Virus record (IMG/VR): IMGVR_UViG_2639762784_000001
Coordinates: 21,285 to 85,284 of that record
Direction: 5' to 3' (one strand)
Source: a virus
Lineage: Duplodnaviria; Caudoviricetes
DNA length: 64,000 nt
Both the position numbers and the translations under genes were made by a program. Positions 1 through 10,900 of this stretch are shown here, piece by piece (the stretch's first letter is position 1; each line of letters opens with the position of its first letter). A model generated the notes under the pieces. That model did not search any database. It saw only the letters and a list, made by a program, of their open reading frames with translations, and had not been told where the DNA came from.

Positions 1-509
1 TCCAACTGTCCCTGGGCCCGCTCGACTCCCTCATCGCGTCGATGCGGCTCGCCCGGGACCACAAGTACGCGCTGCTGCTGAAGTTCGTGCAACGGCTGCA
101 CCTGGCCGGGCAGCACCCCGACTGGGCCGGCGTCCAGGTCCTCCCGGCGAAGCTCACCTTCGGCCCGTACACGCCCACCGACCGGGCCGCCATCCTCGAA
201 CAGGTCGCCCTCGGCGTGGAGAAGGGCGTCCTGTCCAAGGAAACCGGCATCGTCATGCTCATCGAGGCCGGCTTCCCCATCGAGGACGCCGCCGAGGAAC
301 TCAAGCGGATCGACTCCCGCGCGTTCATCGACGCCCGCGCCCTCGCCGATGCCCTCGGCAACCCGGACGAGGTCGCCCGCTTCCTCAACCGGCAGGCCCC
401 GGACGAGCCCGAGACGCCGCCGGTGATCCTGCCCCCGGCCGGAGGCGACGAGGACGAGGACGACGCCCCGGACGGGACCGCCGGGGAAGGCGGGGGGAAC
501 ACCCCATGA
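1..509 (+). CDS. Portal protein, C-terminal part (5' truncated by window)
   Basis: Open from window start; directly upstream of scaffold/capsid; portal-like tail (LSKETGIVML..IEDAAEELKRI) with acidic end. Confidence 0.65.
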   Translation, partial: QLSLGPLDSLIASMRLARDHKYALLLKFVQRLHLAGQHPDWAGVQVLPAKLTFGPYTPTDRAAILEQVALGVEKGVLSKETGIVMLIEAGFPIEDAAEELKRIDSRAFIDARALADALGNPDEVARFLNRQAPDEPETPPVILPPAGGDEDEDDAPDGTAGEGGGNTP

Positions 510-571
510 CGAACTGTGGTGTCCTTGATCTAGGCGCGGGGCCTGACTTGTCCACGGGAGGACTGTCCCTC

Positions 572-1297
572 ATGCGTCGCCCCACGCAGCGTCCCGCCGC
601 CCCCGGCTGGGTCCACCCCTACACCGGCCTCGCCGGTCTCGCCGTGTTCTACAACGACGGCGGCGACCCGCCCGCGGACCCGCCGAAGCCCGGACCGCCT
701 CCCACCCCCGCCCCGTCCCCGCAGTTCACCCAGGACGACCTGGACCGGATCGCCGCCAAGGAGAAGGCCCAAGGGCAGCGGGCCGGCGCCCGTCAGGCCC
801 TCGAGGACCTTGCCACCGAACTCGGCTTCACCAACCCGGACGACGTGAAGACGTTCGTGGCCGCCGCCCGCAAGGCGCAGCAGGACGCCCTCACGGAGGA
901 GGAGCGCCGCCGCCAGGAACTCGAGCAGCGCGAGCAGGAGCTGGCCACCCGCGAGGCTGCCGCCACCGCGCGGGAGCGGGCCGCGAACCGGCGGGCCGTC
1001 CTGGTCGGGCTCGGCGCCACCGGCGACGACCTCGAGGACGCCGCCGCCCTGCTGCGCGTCGCGGACGACGCCGACGACCAGACCGTCCAGGACGCCGCCG
1101 CCGCGCTGAAGGAGCGCCGCCCCGAACTGTTCGGCACGAAGCCCGCCCCGGCGCCCAGCGCGCTGCCGCCCGCGCCCGGCGGGGCCCCCGCCGGCGCGCC
1201 CCCGGCCCGCACCACCCCCGGCAAGGACGACGCCAAGACCCGGGCCCGCGAACTGGCCATCAAGATGGGCTACGCCAAGCGGCCCGACGCCGCCTGA
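572..1297 (+). CDS. Capsid scaffolding protein
   Basis: GGAG RBS before ATG 572; FTQDDLDRI motif, coiled coil, Pro-rich linker; lies between portal and capsid. Confidence 0.75.
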   Translation: MRRPTQRPAAPGWVHPYTGLAGLAVFYNDGGDPPADPPKPGPPPTPAPSPQFTQDDLDRIAAKEKAQGQRAGARQALEDLATELGFTNPDDVKTFVAAARKAQQDALTEEERRRQELEQREQELATREAAATARERAANRRAVLVGLGATGDDLEDAAALLRVADDADDQTVQDAAAALKERRPELFGTKPAPAPSALPPAPGGAPAGAPPARTTPGKDDAKTRARELAIKMGYAKRPDAA

Positions 1298-1405
1298 CCA
1301 GCGGCCCGCAGACCGAGGGACCACGCCCTCTCTCCTCCCGTGGACGACACCCGCCAGGTGTCCGCACCCCCGCAGTGCAAGCAGTCCCCATGGGAGGAGA
1401 TCGGC

Positions 1406-1813
1406 GTGGACATCCAGCCGACCACCACACAGGCGACCAGCACGGCCGACCGGCCGTGGCTGCTGTCGACCTACGGCACCGAGACCAACAAGACCGTCAC
1501 CCTGGACGTCAGCAAGTTCACGTCCGGCACCCACTACACGGCCGCCGCGAACGGCGTCCCGAACCGGCTCAAGTCCGGTCTCCCGCTCGCCAAGGTCACC
1601 GCGTCCGGCCTGTACGCCCCCTACGCGTCCGGCGCGTCCGACGGCACCGAGGTCCTCGCCGGGCTCCTGGAGACCGAGACCGCGTTCAACACCGGCTCCA
1701 CCAAGGTCGGCGCCGCCCTGCGCATCGTCGGCGACGTCGCCCGCGCCAAGCTGCCCGTCGCGCTCACCGTCCCCGCGGCCGCGAACCGCTCCGACTCCAT
1801 CCACTTCTCCTGA
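1406..1813 (+). CDS. Head decoration protein
   Basis: GGAGGAG RBS, GTG 1406; LKSGLPLAKVTASGLYAPY..DGTE..AGLL motif of lambda gpD-like decoration proteins. Confidence 0.8.
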   Translation: MDIQPTTTQATSTADRPWLLSTYGTETNKTVTLDVSKFTSGTHYTAAANGVPNRLKSGLPLAKVTASGLYAPYASGASDGTEVLAGLLETETAFNTGSTKVGAALRIVGDVARAKLPVALTVPAAANRSDSIHFS

Positions 1814-1831
1814 GAAAGGGCGTGAACCCAG

Positions 1832-2881
1832 ATGCTTGAGGCCCTGCTCAGGGACATCACCCCGACCGACATCATCGCCTTCGCCCGCGAGGTGCAGACC
1901 CCGGCGGACTACGCGCTCACCGCGAACGTCATGCCGGAACGGCAGATCAACGGCGTCAAGTTCAAGACCCGCCGCACCAGCCGCCGCGTCAACGCCGCGA
2001 AGTACCGCGCCTACGACGCGCAGACCCCCGTCGCGTCCCGCGAGGTCAAGCGGATCGAGACCGAGGGCATGCTGCCCCCGCTCGGCCAGAAGTACCTCGT
2101 CGGTGAGCTGGAGACGATCCTGCTGGCCGCCCGGCGCGGCGCGGACGCGAGCGAGCTGGTGGAGTCCCTCTACGAGGACACCGCCGCGCACAGCCTGTCC
2201 ATCCGCTCCCGCCTCGAACTTGCCGTCGGCGACCTGCTCACCGACGGCAAGTTCACCCTGTCCGGGGAGAACGGGCTGACCATCGAGTACAACGCGCAGG
2301 TCCCCACCGCGAACATGCCCACCGCGGCAACGGCGTGGACCAACCCGGCCGCGGACGCCATCGCGGACGAGATGGCCTGGCTCGAGGTGCTGCGCGCCTC
2401 CGGAGCGCCGATGCCGGAGAAGGTCGTCACCTCCTACAAGGCACGCGCCCTCCTCGCCGGGAACGACGCCTACCGGTCCGCCTACTACGGCTCGGTGAAC
2501 CCGTCGAACACGCCGACCGCGACCCTCGCACCCAACGAGGTCGACACGGTCCGCGCCCGGTACAACCTGCCCCCGATCGAGATCTACGACGTGCAGATCC
2601 CGAAGGACGACGGCAGCATGGCCCGCCCGATCCCCGAGGACCGGTGGATCATGGTGCCGCCGAACCGGCAGCAGTGGGGCGAGACCCAGTACGGCATCAC
2701 CGCCGAATCCATCGCGCTCACCACCGGCGACAACCCCGCCATCGAGCTGGAAGAGGCGCCCGGCATCATCGTCACCCACGGCTGGCAGGACGACCCCGTC
2801 CAGGTGTGGACCAAGGGATCCGCCGTGGCCATGCCGGTGCTGTACGTGCCGGACATCCACATCACCGCCAAGGTGTTCTGA
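1832..2881 (+). CDS. Major capsid protein (lambda gpE-like)
   Basis: 349 aa, follows decoration gene; YRAYDAQTP, LPPLGQK and DPVQVWTKGSAVAMPVL motifs. Confidence 0.88.
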   Translation: MLEALLRDITPTDIIAFAREVQTPADYALTANVMPERQINGVKFKTRRTSRRVNAAKYRAYDAQTPVASREVKRIETEGMLPPLGQKYLVGELETILLAARRGADASELVESLYEDTAAHSLSIRSRLELAVGDLLTDGKFTLSGENGLTIEYNAQVPTANMPTAATAWTNPAADAIADEMAWLEVLRASGAPMPEKVVTSYKARALLAGNDAYRSAYYGSVNPSNTPTATLAPNEVDTVRARYNLPPIEIYDVQIPKDDGSMARPIPEDRWIMVPPNRQQWGETQYGITAESIALTTGDNPAIELEEAPGIIVTHGWQDDPVQVWTKGSAVAMPVLYVPDIHITAKVF

Positions 2882-3159
2882 TGGCGCGGCTCGTGACGGA
2901 CACCTTCGTGAAGGACCCGCAGACGCGCCTCATGGTGCATCTGCGGGCCGGTGAAGAACCCGCACCCGAGTACGCGGAGCTCGTGACGAACCCCGCCGCG
3001 TGGGAAGACGGCAAGCTCCCCACCTCCGCCAAGTCCAAGGCCGACTCGTCCGACAAGGACGACGACGCCGAGGACGCCAAGCCGGCCGCGCGTAAGACCG
3101 CGGCCCGCAAGCCGGCTCGGGGCCGGAGCGCCGCTGACGAGGGCGACAGCGGCGACTAG
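2881..3159 (+). CDS. Small virion-associated/hypothetical protein
   Basis: TGATG coupling to capsid stop; typical position after the major capsid gene. Confidence 0.7.
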   Translation: MARLVTDTFVKDPQTRLMVHLRAGEEPAPEYAELVTNPAAWEDGKLPTSAKSKADSSDKDDDAEDAKPAARKTAARKPARGRSAADEGDSGD

Positions 3160-3163
3160 CGGC

Positions 3164-3208
3164 GTGCGGGCCCGCCCCAGGTGGGGGCGCCAACCGGCGG
3201 GCCCGCAC
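3164..3208 (+). terminator. GC-rich hairpin after capsid genes
   Basis: GTGCGGGCCCGCC / GGCGGGCCCGCAC perfect 13-bp inverted repeat. Confidence 0.55.
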
Positions 3209-3252
3209 CCGCACACCCTTCCCACCCCACACCACGCCCCAGGAGGCCAGCA

Positions 3253-3582
3253 GTGGACACCGCCGTACGGTCCTGGCTCCTCGCCGAACTCGGCACCGCA
3301 ACCGACCTGGTAGACCTTGAGGCCCGCTACACCCGCCTCGGCTCGGCACGCGCCGTCGCTCTCGAGATCCTCCGTGAACGCCTCGCCGCGCTGCGTGCCC
3401 AGCCGTCCACCGTCAACGTGTCCGGTGTCGTGGCGGTCGGCTTCGCGGAGAACATCAAGGCGTACGAGCGGCAGATCGCCGCTCTCGAGAACGGGGAGCC
3501 GCCCGCCCCCGACGACCCGACCGACGGCAGCACCGGCAGCGGTCTCGGCATGCTGCGCCTGGTCGAACGGCCACGCCGATGA
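3253..3582 (+). CDS. Putative head-tail connector protein
   Basis: AGGAGG RBS, GTG 3253; position in head module. Confidence 0.55.
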   Translation: MDTAVRSWLLAELGTATDLVDLEARYTRLGSARAVALEILRERLAALRAQPSTVNVSGVVAVGFAENIKAYERQIAALENGEPPAPDDPTDGSTGSGLGMLRLVERPRR

Positions 3583-4424
3583 CCACCCCGGTCCGGCGCC
3601 GCGGCCGCACCCTGCGCCAGCGTCTCCTCGGCTACATCACCAGCGCCGTCAACCGGCTCCGGCAGGCGTGGGCGATCCTCACCGGCGCCCAGAACCGGCT
3701 CCTGGCCGCCCTCGCCCGCATCCGGCCCGGCCGCAGTGCTGGCAGCGGCCAACGCCTGCGCGCCGCGGTCGCCGACTTCAACACGTCCCTCGCGGCGTTC
3801 AATCGGGCGGCGATGGCGATGGCGGAACGCTGGGCCGCCACGGACCTGCCGGTCATCTACCGCGAGGGCGCCTGGACACTCCTCGACAACGCGCTGCGCC
3901 CCACCACCCGTTTCTCCTGGACCGCCCGGCACCAGGCCGCCGTCACCGGCCTGTCCGCCCAGTACTACGCCGACCTCACCAGCCGCATCCAGGAGACCCT
4001 CCGCCGCGCCCGCGCGTTCCTCCGTGCCGCACAGGACGAAGCCCGCGACCCGGTCTCCGCTCGCATCGACACGGCTCGGCTGCGCGCCGACCACTCCCTC
4101 GACACCGTCGTCTACGCCAACAACTCGAAGCATTCGGTGGAGGCGTGGGCGAGTGCTGCGGTCACCTGGCAGGCCGTCACCACCGCCAACACGGCGGCCG
4201 CCCGCACCGCGCTGGACGAGCTCGGCACCGAGTGGGTGGAGGTCCGTGACGGAAAAGGCTGCGGGTGGCGTGACCATCAGGACCCGGACAAGGCCGACCG
4301 CACGCTGCGCACCGTTCAGGACGCCCTTGCTCACCCGACCAGTCACGCCCACTGCGTCCGCGAGTTGCTGCCCCGCCTCGACCTCATCGGCCGAACCGAC
4401 ATCCGCACAGGAGCCCTCCTATGA
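3579..4424 (+). CDS. Minor capsid / head morphogenesis (MuF-like) protein
   Basis: ATGA overlap; C-terminal EVRDGKGCGW..HPTSHAHCVR resembles the HPNCxR motif of minor capsid proteins. Confidence 0.6.
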   Translation: MTTPVRRRGRTLRQRLLGYITSAVNRLRQAWAILTGAQNRLLAALARIRPGRSAGSGQRLRAAVADFNTSLAAFNRAAMAMAERWAATDLPVIYREGAWTLLDNALRPTTRFSWTARHQAAVTGLSAQYYADLTSRIQETLRRARAFLRAAQDEARDPVSARIDTARLRADHSLDTVVYANNSKHSVEAWASAAVTWQAVTTANTAAARTALDELGTEWVEVRDGKGCGWRDHQDPDKADRTLRTVQDALAHPTSHAHCVRELLPRLDLIGRTDIRTGALL

Positions 4425-4690
4425 CCGCGTCCCGATTCCGTAAGAAGCCCGTAGAGATCCAGGCCATGCACCTGTCCGAGCCGAACACGCCGGACTCCGT
4501 GGCCTCCTGGTGCGGCGGTCGAGTGGTCGGCGACGGCGTCACCGGTCATCGGTACTCCATCGAGATCGACACTCTCGAAGGGACCATGCGAGCCGATTTC
4601 GGCGACTGGGTGATCAGGGGTGTGGTCGGAGAGTTTTACCCATGCAAGCCGGACATCTTCGAGGCAACTTATGAGCCCGTCGATGAATGA
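4421..4690 (+). CDS. Conserved small phage protein (FRKKPVEI..TLEG..GDWVIRG..EFYPCKPDIF family)
   Basis: Recognisable widespread phage protein motif. Confidence 0.75.
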   Translation: MTASRFRKKPVEIQAMHLSEPNTPDSVASWCGGRVVGDGVTGHRYSIEIDTLEGTMRADFGDWVIRGVVGEFYPCKPDIFEATYEPVDE

Positions 4691-5069
4691 GCAGCCCGCC
4701 GAGCCGCAGGCCCACGGCGTCCGCATCACCGCCCAGCCCGGCCACGCCACCATCACCATCGGCGGCACCCCCCTCCCGTTGAACATCGTCACCGGGTACG
4801 CCGTCCAGCACGACATCGCGGGCGGGCTCCCCCTCGTCGTCCTCCACACCCGGCAACCGGACGGCGTCGCCTTCGAGGGCCTCGCCCGCGTCGCGGTTGG
4901 CGTCAGCCAGACGCCCGGCGAGCTGGTGGCCGCTTTCCTCGCCGAGGTCGACCCGGAGATCCTGGACCAGCAGGCGCTGAACCGGGCCGACTACGGCGGC
5001 GGACCCGGCGCCACCGCACGCGCCATGCTCCAAACCCTCACCGAGTGGGCCAAGGGCGGTGGACGCTGA
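4683..5069 (+). CDS. Hypothetical phage protein
   Basis: Overlaps flanking genes; high-GC3 codon usage. Confidence 0.6.
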   Translation: MNEQPAEPQAHGVRITAQPGHATITIGGTPLPLNIVTGYAVQHDIAGGLPLVVLHTRQPDGVAFEGLARVAVGVSQTPGELVAAFLAEVDPEILDQQALNRADYGGGPGATARAMLQTLTEWAKGGGR

Positions 5070-5512
5070 TGGCCGGCCTCGACCTCTCCTCCGTCGCCAC
5101 CCTCGTGGAGGGCTTGGTCCTCCTCGACACCGTGCGGTTCGCCACCCCTGCCGGGGGGCCGCCCGTCTTCGACCCGGGCACCGGCCAGTACACCGCGCCC
5201 GAGGGGGTCATCATCTACGAGGGACCCGGCGCCGTGCAGGTCGCCGGCACGGTAGGCGGCGTCACGTCGTTGCCCGTACCGAACCTGCCCTGGTCCGACG
5301 AGACACGGTCCAAGTACAAGGCGCTGACACCGCTCGCGGCGCCGATCGCCGAACGGGACACCATCGTCACCGTCGTGACCGTGCACGAGGGGGGTGACGT
5401 GTCGCTGATCGGCCGGCAGTGGCGCGCCCAGGACCCATCCACCGGCGGCACGCTCGGTGTGGTCCGGGTGACGACGCTGGACCAGATCCAGCAGACCCGA
5501 GAGACCGGGTGA
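5069..5512 (+). CDS. Head-tail adaptor/stopper (DUF6093-like)
   Basis: FDPGTGQY..IYEGPGAVQ motif; TGATG coupling. Confidence 0.6.
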   Translation: MAGLDLSSVATLVEGLVLLDTVRFATPAGGPPVFDPGTGQYTAPEGVIIYEGPGAVQVAGTVGGVTSLPVPNLPWSDETRSKYKALTPLAAPIAERDTIVTVVTVHEGGDVSLIGRQWRAQDPSTGGTLGVVRVTTLDQIQQTRETG

Positions 5513-5913
5513 GCGGCATGGACCTCGAGGACCTGGGGCCCCGCCTGGAGCGGGCAGCGGACCGGGTGGGCCCGGAGGTGAACCGGACGGTGCAGCAGCA
5601 GGCCCGCCTCGCCAAAGCAATGATCCGGTTCAACGCGTCCGGCAGGCCGGGCCCGAACATCATCACGGGGCAGTACTTCGACTCGTGGCGCACCGAGCCG
5701 TTCCCCGTGCCTGACGGCGGAGGAGCGACGGTCGGCACCGACCGCCCGCAGGGCCGTCGCCTGGAGTTCGGGTTCTGGGACATGACGGACAGCATCGGAC
5801 GGCACTTCTTCCAGCCGCCGTACCCGCACGTGGAACCCGCCGTGAGCGAGCTGTCGGCGGAGTACGCGGACGCGTTCAAGGACGCCCTGGACCGAATCTT
5901 CGGGGGCGCGTGA
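5509..5913 (+). CDS. HK97 gp10-like tail-completion protein
   Basis: TGQYFDSW..VGTDRPQGRRLEFG..PYPHVEPA motif. Confidence 0.7.
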   Translation: MSGMDLEDLGPRLERAADRVGPEVNRTVQQQARLAKAMIRFNASGRPGPNIITGQYFDSWRTEPFPVPDGGGATVGTDRPQGRRLEFGFWDMTDSIGRHFFQPPYPHVEPAVSELSAEYADAFKDALDRIFGGA

Positions 5914-6386
5914 TGATTGAGAGACGGCCCGTCACCCTGGGCCTGCAAACCCTCCTCGCCACCCTTACCGGGCGCCCCGTCGGCCTGCGCAGCGTCCCCC
6001 TGGACAATGCAGGCCGTCCGGTCGCGCCGCCGTACACGCTCCTGTACCCCCTCGACCGCAGCGACGACACCCGCACCCTCGCCGACAACCAACGGGCCGC
6101 TGTCCTGACCTACCAGGCCACGTTCGTCTCCGGCCCCACTCCCGGGGACCCCAACTCGCGTGGCGGGGACGAACAGGCGCAGTGGCTCACGGACCGCGCC
6201 TGGAAGGTCGTCGAACGGCCCGCCAACGGATCCCCTGGCTACGCGCACCCCATGAACGTCGGGCCCGGCGTCAACTGCTGGAAACGGGAGGCAACCGAGG
6301 CGGGGGGAACGTCCGACGCAGGAGATGGAATCATCACCAGTGTGATCCGATTCCGGCTCTTCCTCGAGGAGCAGCCGGCCGCCTGA
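5910..6386 (+). CDS. Tail terminator protein
   Basis: PPYTLLYPL motif; immediately upstream of major tail protein. Confidence 0.6.
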   Translation: MMIERRPVTLGLQTLLATLTGRPVGLRSVPLDNAGRPVAPPYTLLYPLDRSDDTRTLADNQRAAVLTYQATFVSGPTPGDPNSRGGDEQAQWLTDRAWKVVERPANGSPGYAHPMNVGPGVNCWKREATEAGGTSDAGDGIITSVIRFRLFLEEQPAA

Positions 6387-6515
6387 CCTTCCGGGGCCGG
6401 GCATCACCGCACCGCGGCGGGACCCCACGCGGACGCCACCACCTGCTGGTGGCCGCCACACCAGACACGTGTAGCAGGGGCCCCAAATCTCGGCCCCTAT
6501 CCGCGAGGGGCCATC

Positions 6516-6986
6516 ATGAGGTTCAACCGCAAGGGCACCAGCAAAATCCAATTCCTTCCGACGATCGCCGACGAGTCGCTGATCCCGACCACCGCCGAGA
6601 TCACCGCCGGTACGGACTACACCGAGCAGATCAACGCCATCGAAGGCTGGTCCCTCGAGAACCAGCCCATCGAGACACCGGACATGGCGTCCACGTTCGT
6701 GTCGAAGATCGGCGGCGACGACTCCGCGGCCGACTCCTCCCTGACCTTCTACGAGGACTCGACGCTCGACGACATCGAGACCGACCTCGCCAAGGGCACG
6801 TCCGGCTACGTCGTCATCTTCTCCAAGGGCAACGCACCCGACGCCAAGGGCATGGACGTCTACCCCGTCACCGTCGTCTCCAACAGCAAGGCGTACACGG
6901 CGGACAACGAAGCCGCGAAAATCACCGTCCAGTTCACGATCACCGCACGGCCCCTCTTCAACGGGACCGTCCCCACCGCCCCGTAA
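6516..6986 (+). CDS. Major tail (tube) protein
   Basis: PTTAEITAGTD..IEGWS..IETPD motif of actinophage tail tube proteins; GAGGGG RBS. Confidence 0.8.
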   Translation: MRFNRKGTSKIQFLPTIADESLIPTTAEITAGTDYTEQINAIEGWSLENQPIETPDMASTFVSKIGGDDSAADSSLTFYEDSTLDDIETDLAKGTSGYVVIFSKGNAPDAKGMDVYPVTVVSNSKAYTADNEAAKITVQFTITARPLFNGTVPTAP

Positions 6987-7087
6987 CCCTGGCCGGCTGA
7001 CACACCCCTCCAAGCCCCCGGCCGGGCCCCGGTGTATCTGGGAAGGGCGCCGCGTGCGCCCGGCCGGGCCTTCCCAAAGGACCCGAC

Positions 7088-7618
7088 ATGAGCAGCAGCA
7101 CCCCCGACTGGGGAACCCTGCGGAAGCGCCTCGACAACATCAAGTTGCCGGTGGCGGCCTTCACCATCTGCGAAGACCCCGACCTTCGACAGGACCTCGC
7201 CCGCGCCAAGGCCAACCACCAGAAGGCCACCGACCGGCTCGCCGCCGGCGACGACACCGAATCCGATGTGAAGGCCTTCCTTCAGAAGACGGTCGACACC
7301 GCCAAGGCGGACCTGGCAGCCGCACAGAAGGCGTTCGACAAGGCGTCCGTCACCCTGCGCTTCACCGCCCTGGAACGGAAGGCCCTCGAGGCGCTCCAGA
7401 AAGAACACCCGCCGGCCGAGGCAGACGAAGCCAACGGCGAAGACTTCGCGATGGAGACCTTCGCGCCCGCCCTCATCTCCGCCGCATCCCTGGACGGCAT
7501 GCCCCTCGAGGACGCCCAGCACTTCCTCAACACGTGGTCGACGGCGGACGCGACGTCCCTGTGGCGGGCCGCCTGGGGAATCCAGCACCAGCAGCGGACC
7601 GACCTGGGAAAAGGCTGA
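7088..7618 (+). CDS. Tail assembly chaperone (gpG-like)
   Basis: Between major tail and tape measure; ends in slippery G GGA AAA. Confidence 0.8.
   Translation: MSSSTPDWGTLRKRLDNIKLPVAAFTICEDPDLRQDLARAKANHQKATDRLAAGDDTESDVKAFLQKTVDTAKADLAAAQKAFDKASVTLRFTALERKALEALQKEHPPAEADEANGEDFAMETFAPALISAASLDGMPLEDAQHFLNTWSTADATSLWRAAWGIQHQQRTDLGKG
7606..7612 (+). other. Programmed -1 ribosomal frameshift site GGGAAAA
   Basis: X XXY YYZ heptamer in frame (CTG GGA AAA GGC TGA); -1 frame is open to 7980. Confidence 0.85.
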
Positions 7619-7980
7619 TCGATGATGCCGACTTCCGCGCACAGATGGAGCTCTGCCACAAGTGGGGCATCCCCCATTCGCAGTTCCGCGGGCACGGAGA
7701 CGGCACCTGGTCGGACCTCGACCGCCGCAAGGCCCTCGCCTACGCCCACTACCTGCGCTCCGTATGCCCGACCTGCGGGACCCGGCCCGAGGAGTGGGAC
7801 GAGCACCTGGGCGGTGACGAGGACGCCTACCGGGCCACCACCCACCGCTGCACCGGCTGCCAACTCATCCAGGACCGACAGAAAACCGTGCCCGACGGCG
7901 ACGAGGGGCACGGCGTGAAAGTCGCATTGATCCCCACCAGCGTCGCCGCAGCCCTCGAACTCCACAGCCAGCACCACTAG
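7612..7980 (+). CDS. Tail assembly chaperone frameshift extension (gpGT C-terminal part)
   Basis: -1 frame ORF (RLIDDADFRAQMELC..CPTCG..CTGC) ending just before tape measure RBS. Confidence 0.78.
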   Translation, partial: RLIDDADFRAQMELCHKWGIPHSQFRGHGDGTWSDLDRRKALAYAHYLRSVCPTCGTRPEEWDEHLGGDEDAYRATTHRCTGCQLIQDRQKTVPDGDEGHGVKVALIPTSVAAALELHSQHH

Positions 7981-7998
7981 CCCAGGAAGGAGCCCACC

Positions 7999-10900
7999 GT
8001 GTCCGAGTGGAATCTGTCGGTACGCCTCACCGGGCAGGGCTCCGACCTCGCACGCACCCTCCGCAGCCTTTCCCACGACGCCAACAACGCCTCCCGCAAC
8101 GTCCAAGCCCTCCGCCGGAACCTCCAACAGCTCCGCCGCGAGACGCGAAACCCCATCCGTGTCCGCCTCGACGTGGACGCCGCACACCTCCGCAGTGCCG
8201 GCGCAGGGCAGGGCCTGGCCGTGAACCTGCGCCTCGGCAACGCCATGCAGCTACGGCGCGAGGTGGAAGATGCGGTGCGTTGGGCGACGTGGGGGCACCG
8301 CATCGAAATCCCCATCGGCCTCGCCGACCCGATGCAGCTGCGCCGGGACGTCACGGCCGCCGTGCGGTGGGCGCAGGACAACCAGCGGATCCGCCTGCGG
8401 GTCGACGCGGACACCAGCGCTCTGCGCGGCCTGGGCGGCACCCTCGGCGGCGGCTCGGGCTCCAGCAGCGGCGGCCTCGACATCGGTCTCGCCGGACTGC
8501 TACCCATCGCCACCGCCGCGATCCCTCTGATTGCCGGGCTGTCCACCAGCCTTGGGCCGCTCGCCGCCGGGTTCACGGCCAGCGGTACAGCAGCGACTGC
8601 GTTCGGGATCGCCCTTGCCGGACAGATCGGTCCGCTCACCGAGGTCGCGGACGCGCAGACGAAGTACGAGGAAGCAGTCCGGGAACACGGCCGGTCATCC
8701 GGGGAGGCGACGGAAGCACAGATCAAATACCAGCAGATCCTCGCCGAACTGCCGCCGGAAGCGCAGCAGGCCGCCATGGCGATATCGCGGCTGAAGACGA
8801 ACTTCGGCGACTGGTCGGATGAGATGTCCGGCTTCACCATGGCCCCGCTCACCAAGGGCATCACCGTCCTCGACCAACTCATCCCGCGCCTGACTCCGCA
8901 TGTGAAGTCGGCGTCCACCCAGCTGGACCGGCTGGTCACCGTCGCCGGCGGCGCCATCAACACGCCCGGCTTCGACGCGATGACCGCGAAGTTCGCCGAC
9001 TTCACAGACCGGCAGCTGGACGAGATGACCGACGGCGTCATCCACTTCCTGCGTGTCCTGTCCGAGGGCGGTGCCTTCCAGGACGGGCCGATCGCCGAGT
9101 TCATGGCCTACGCCCGCGCGAACGGGCCTGCCGCCCGCGAAGCGCTGTCCGCTATCTCTGCGGCTGTAGTGACGCTGCTGCGGGCCGCGGCGGAGGCCGG
9201 GCCGACCATGCTCACCCTGGTCACCGCGTTCGCGAACCTGGTGGCGGCGCTACCCCCCGAACTGGTCGGCATCATCCTCCAGGTCGCCACCGCCCTGAAA
9301 CTCCTCCAGCTCACGGGGGCGGGCATGGCCGTGCTCGCCGCCGGGCTGGGCCGGGTCCGTACCGCGGTGGCCGCCCTCGGCACCACGGCCGCCACCGCAG
9401 GCGGCGGCATCGCCGGACTGAGGGCCGCGTTCCTGTCCCTCGGGCTCGCTGCGCGGGCATCCATCGTCATTGCCGGGATCGCCGCCGTCGTCGTCATCTT
9501 CAAGGAACTCTCGGAGATCGGGAAGCAGGCCCCGCCAGACGTCGACAAACTCACCACCTCCCTCGGAAAGCTCGGGCAGACCGGCAAGGTCGCCGGCGAG
9601 GCATCGAGGGCGTTCGGCAAGGACCTGGGCGGCCTCGCCGACAGCCTGCGCACCCTCTCCAGGCCCTCCAATCTGGACAAGACGCAACAGTTCCTGACCA
9701 GCCTGGTCGGCATGGACTCCACCCCGGTCAAGGAAGCCAAGGAGGACCTGGACGCCGTCGACAAGTCCCTCTCCAACCTGGTGAAGGCCGGCAAGGGCGA
9801 CATCGCCGCGGCAGCGTTCGAGCGGATCGCGGCCGCGATGCGCAAGCAGGGCATGTCCGGCAAGGAGCTCCGGGAGCAGCTGGACGACTACAAGTCCGCC
9901 CTCGCCGACCAGGCCTTCGAAGCCGAGCTGGCCGCCCAGTCGATGGGCATGTTCGGACAGGCGGCGCAGGAGACGTCGGCGAAGCTCGCAGACCAGAAGG
10001 CCAGCGCGGACGGTCTCCGCCAGTCGATCATTGCCCTGAACGACGTCAACCGGGCCGCCGGCTCCGCGATGTCCGCGTTCGAGCAGTCCATCGACGACAC
10101 CACTAAAGCGATCAAGGAGCATGCCGGGGCGCTGAAGATGCGCGACGGGGAACTCGACCTCGGCTCCCAGAAGGCCCGCGATGCCGAAGCCGTCCTCTCC
10201 GACCTCGCCGCGAACACGGATGCCGCCGCGGCCGCTGCCCGGGAGCAGGGCAAGAGTTGGGAGTACGTCAGCGGCATCCAGGAGCGCGGCCGGGCTGCGT
10301 TCATCGACGCCGCCGACGCCATGGGCCTGTCCAAGGCGCAGGCGGAGGCGCTCGCCGACTCCTACCTGGCGATCCCTGACGAGAAGTCCACGCGGATCGA
10401 CATGCGCACCGAGGACGCCATCGCCGGCCTGGACGCGGTCATCGCCGCGATCGAGGAAACCCCGGACAAGAAGTCCGTCACGGTGGACGCCCTCACCACC
10501 CAAGCCGTCACCATGCTGGAAAGCCTCGGCTTCAAGGTGACCGAGCTGAAGGACGGCCGTTTCAAGGTCATCGCCGAGACCGGGACCGCCGGCAGCGCCC
10601 TGGATGAGCTGAAGGGTCGACGCGACGGACTTCAGGACAAGACGATCACGATCGACGCGGCGACCGTGGGCGCGATCACGGACCTGGAGAAGATCAAGGC
10701 GAAGGTCGCCTCCACCAACGGCAAGACCATCACGATGAAGGCGCCGACCGCTGAAGCGCGCCGCCAGCTCGAGCTTCTCGGCTTCAAGATCCGGGACACC
10801 AAGGGGAAGAACGTCACCATCACCGTGCCGACCGGCTCGCAGCGCGCCAACGTCAGCGCCCTCGCCTCCGCCATCGCTGGGCTGCGGAACAAGAGCGTCA

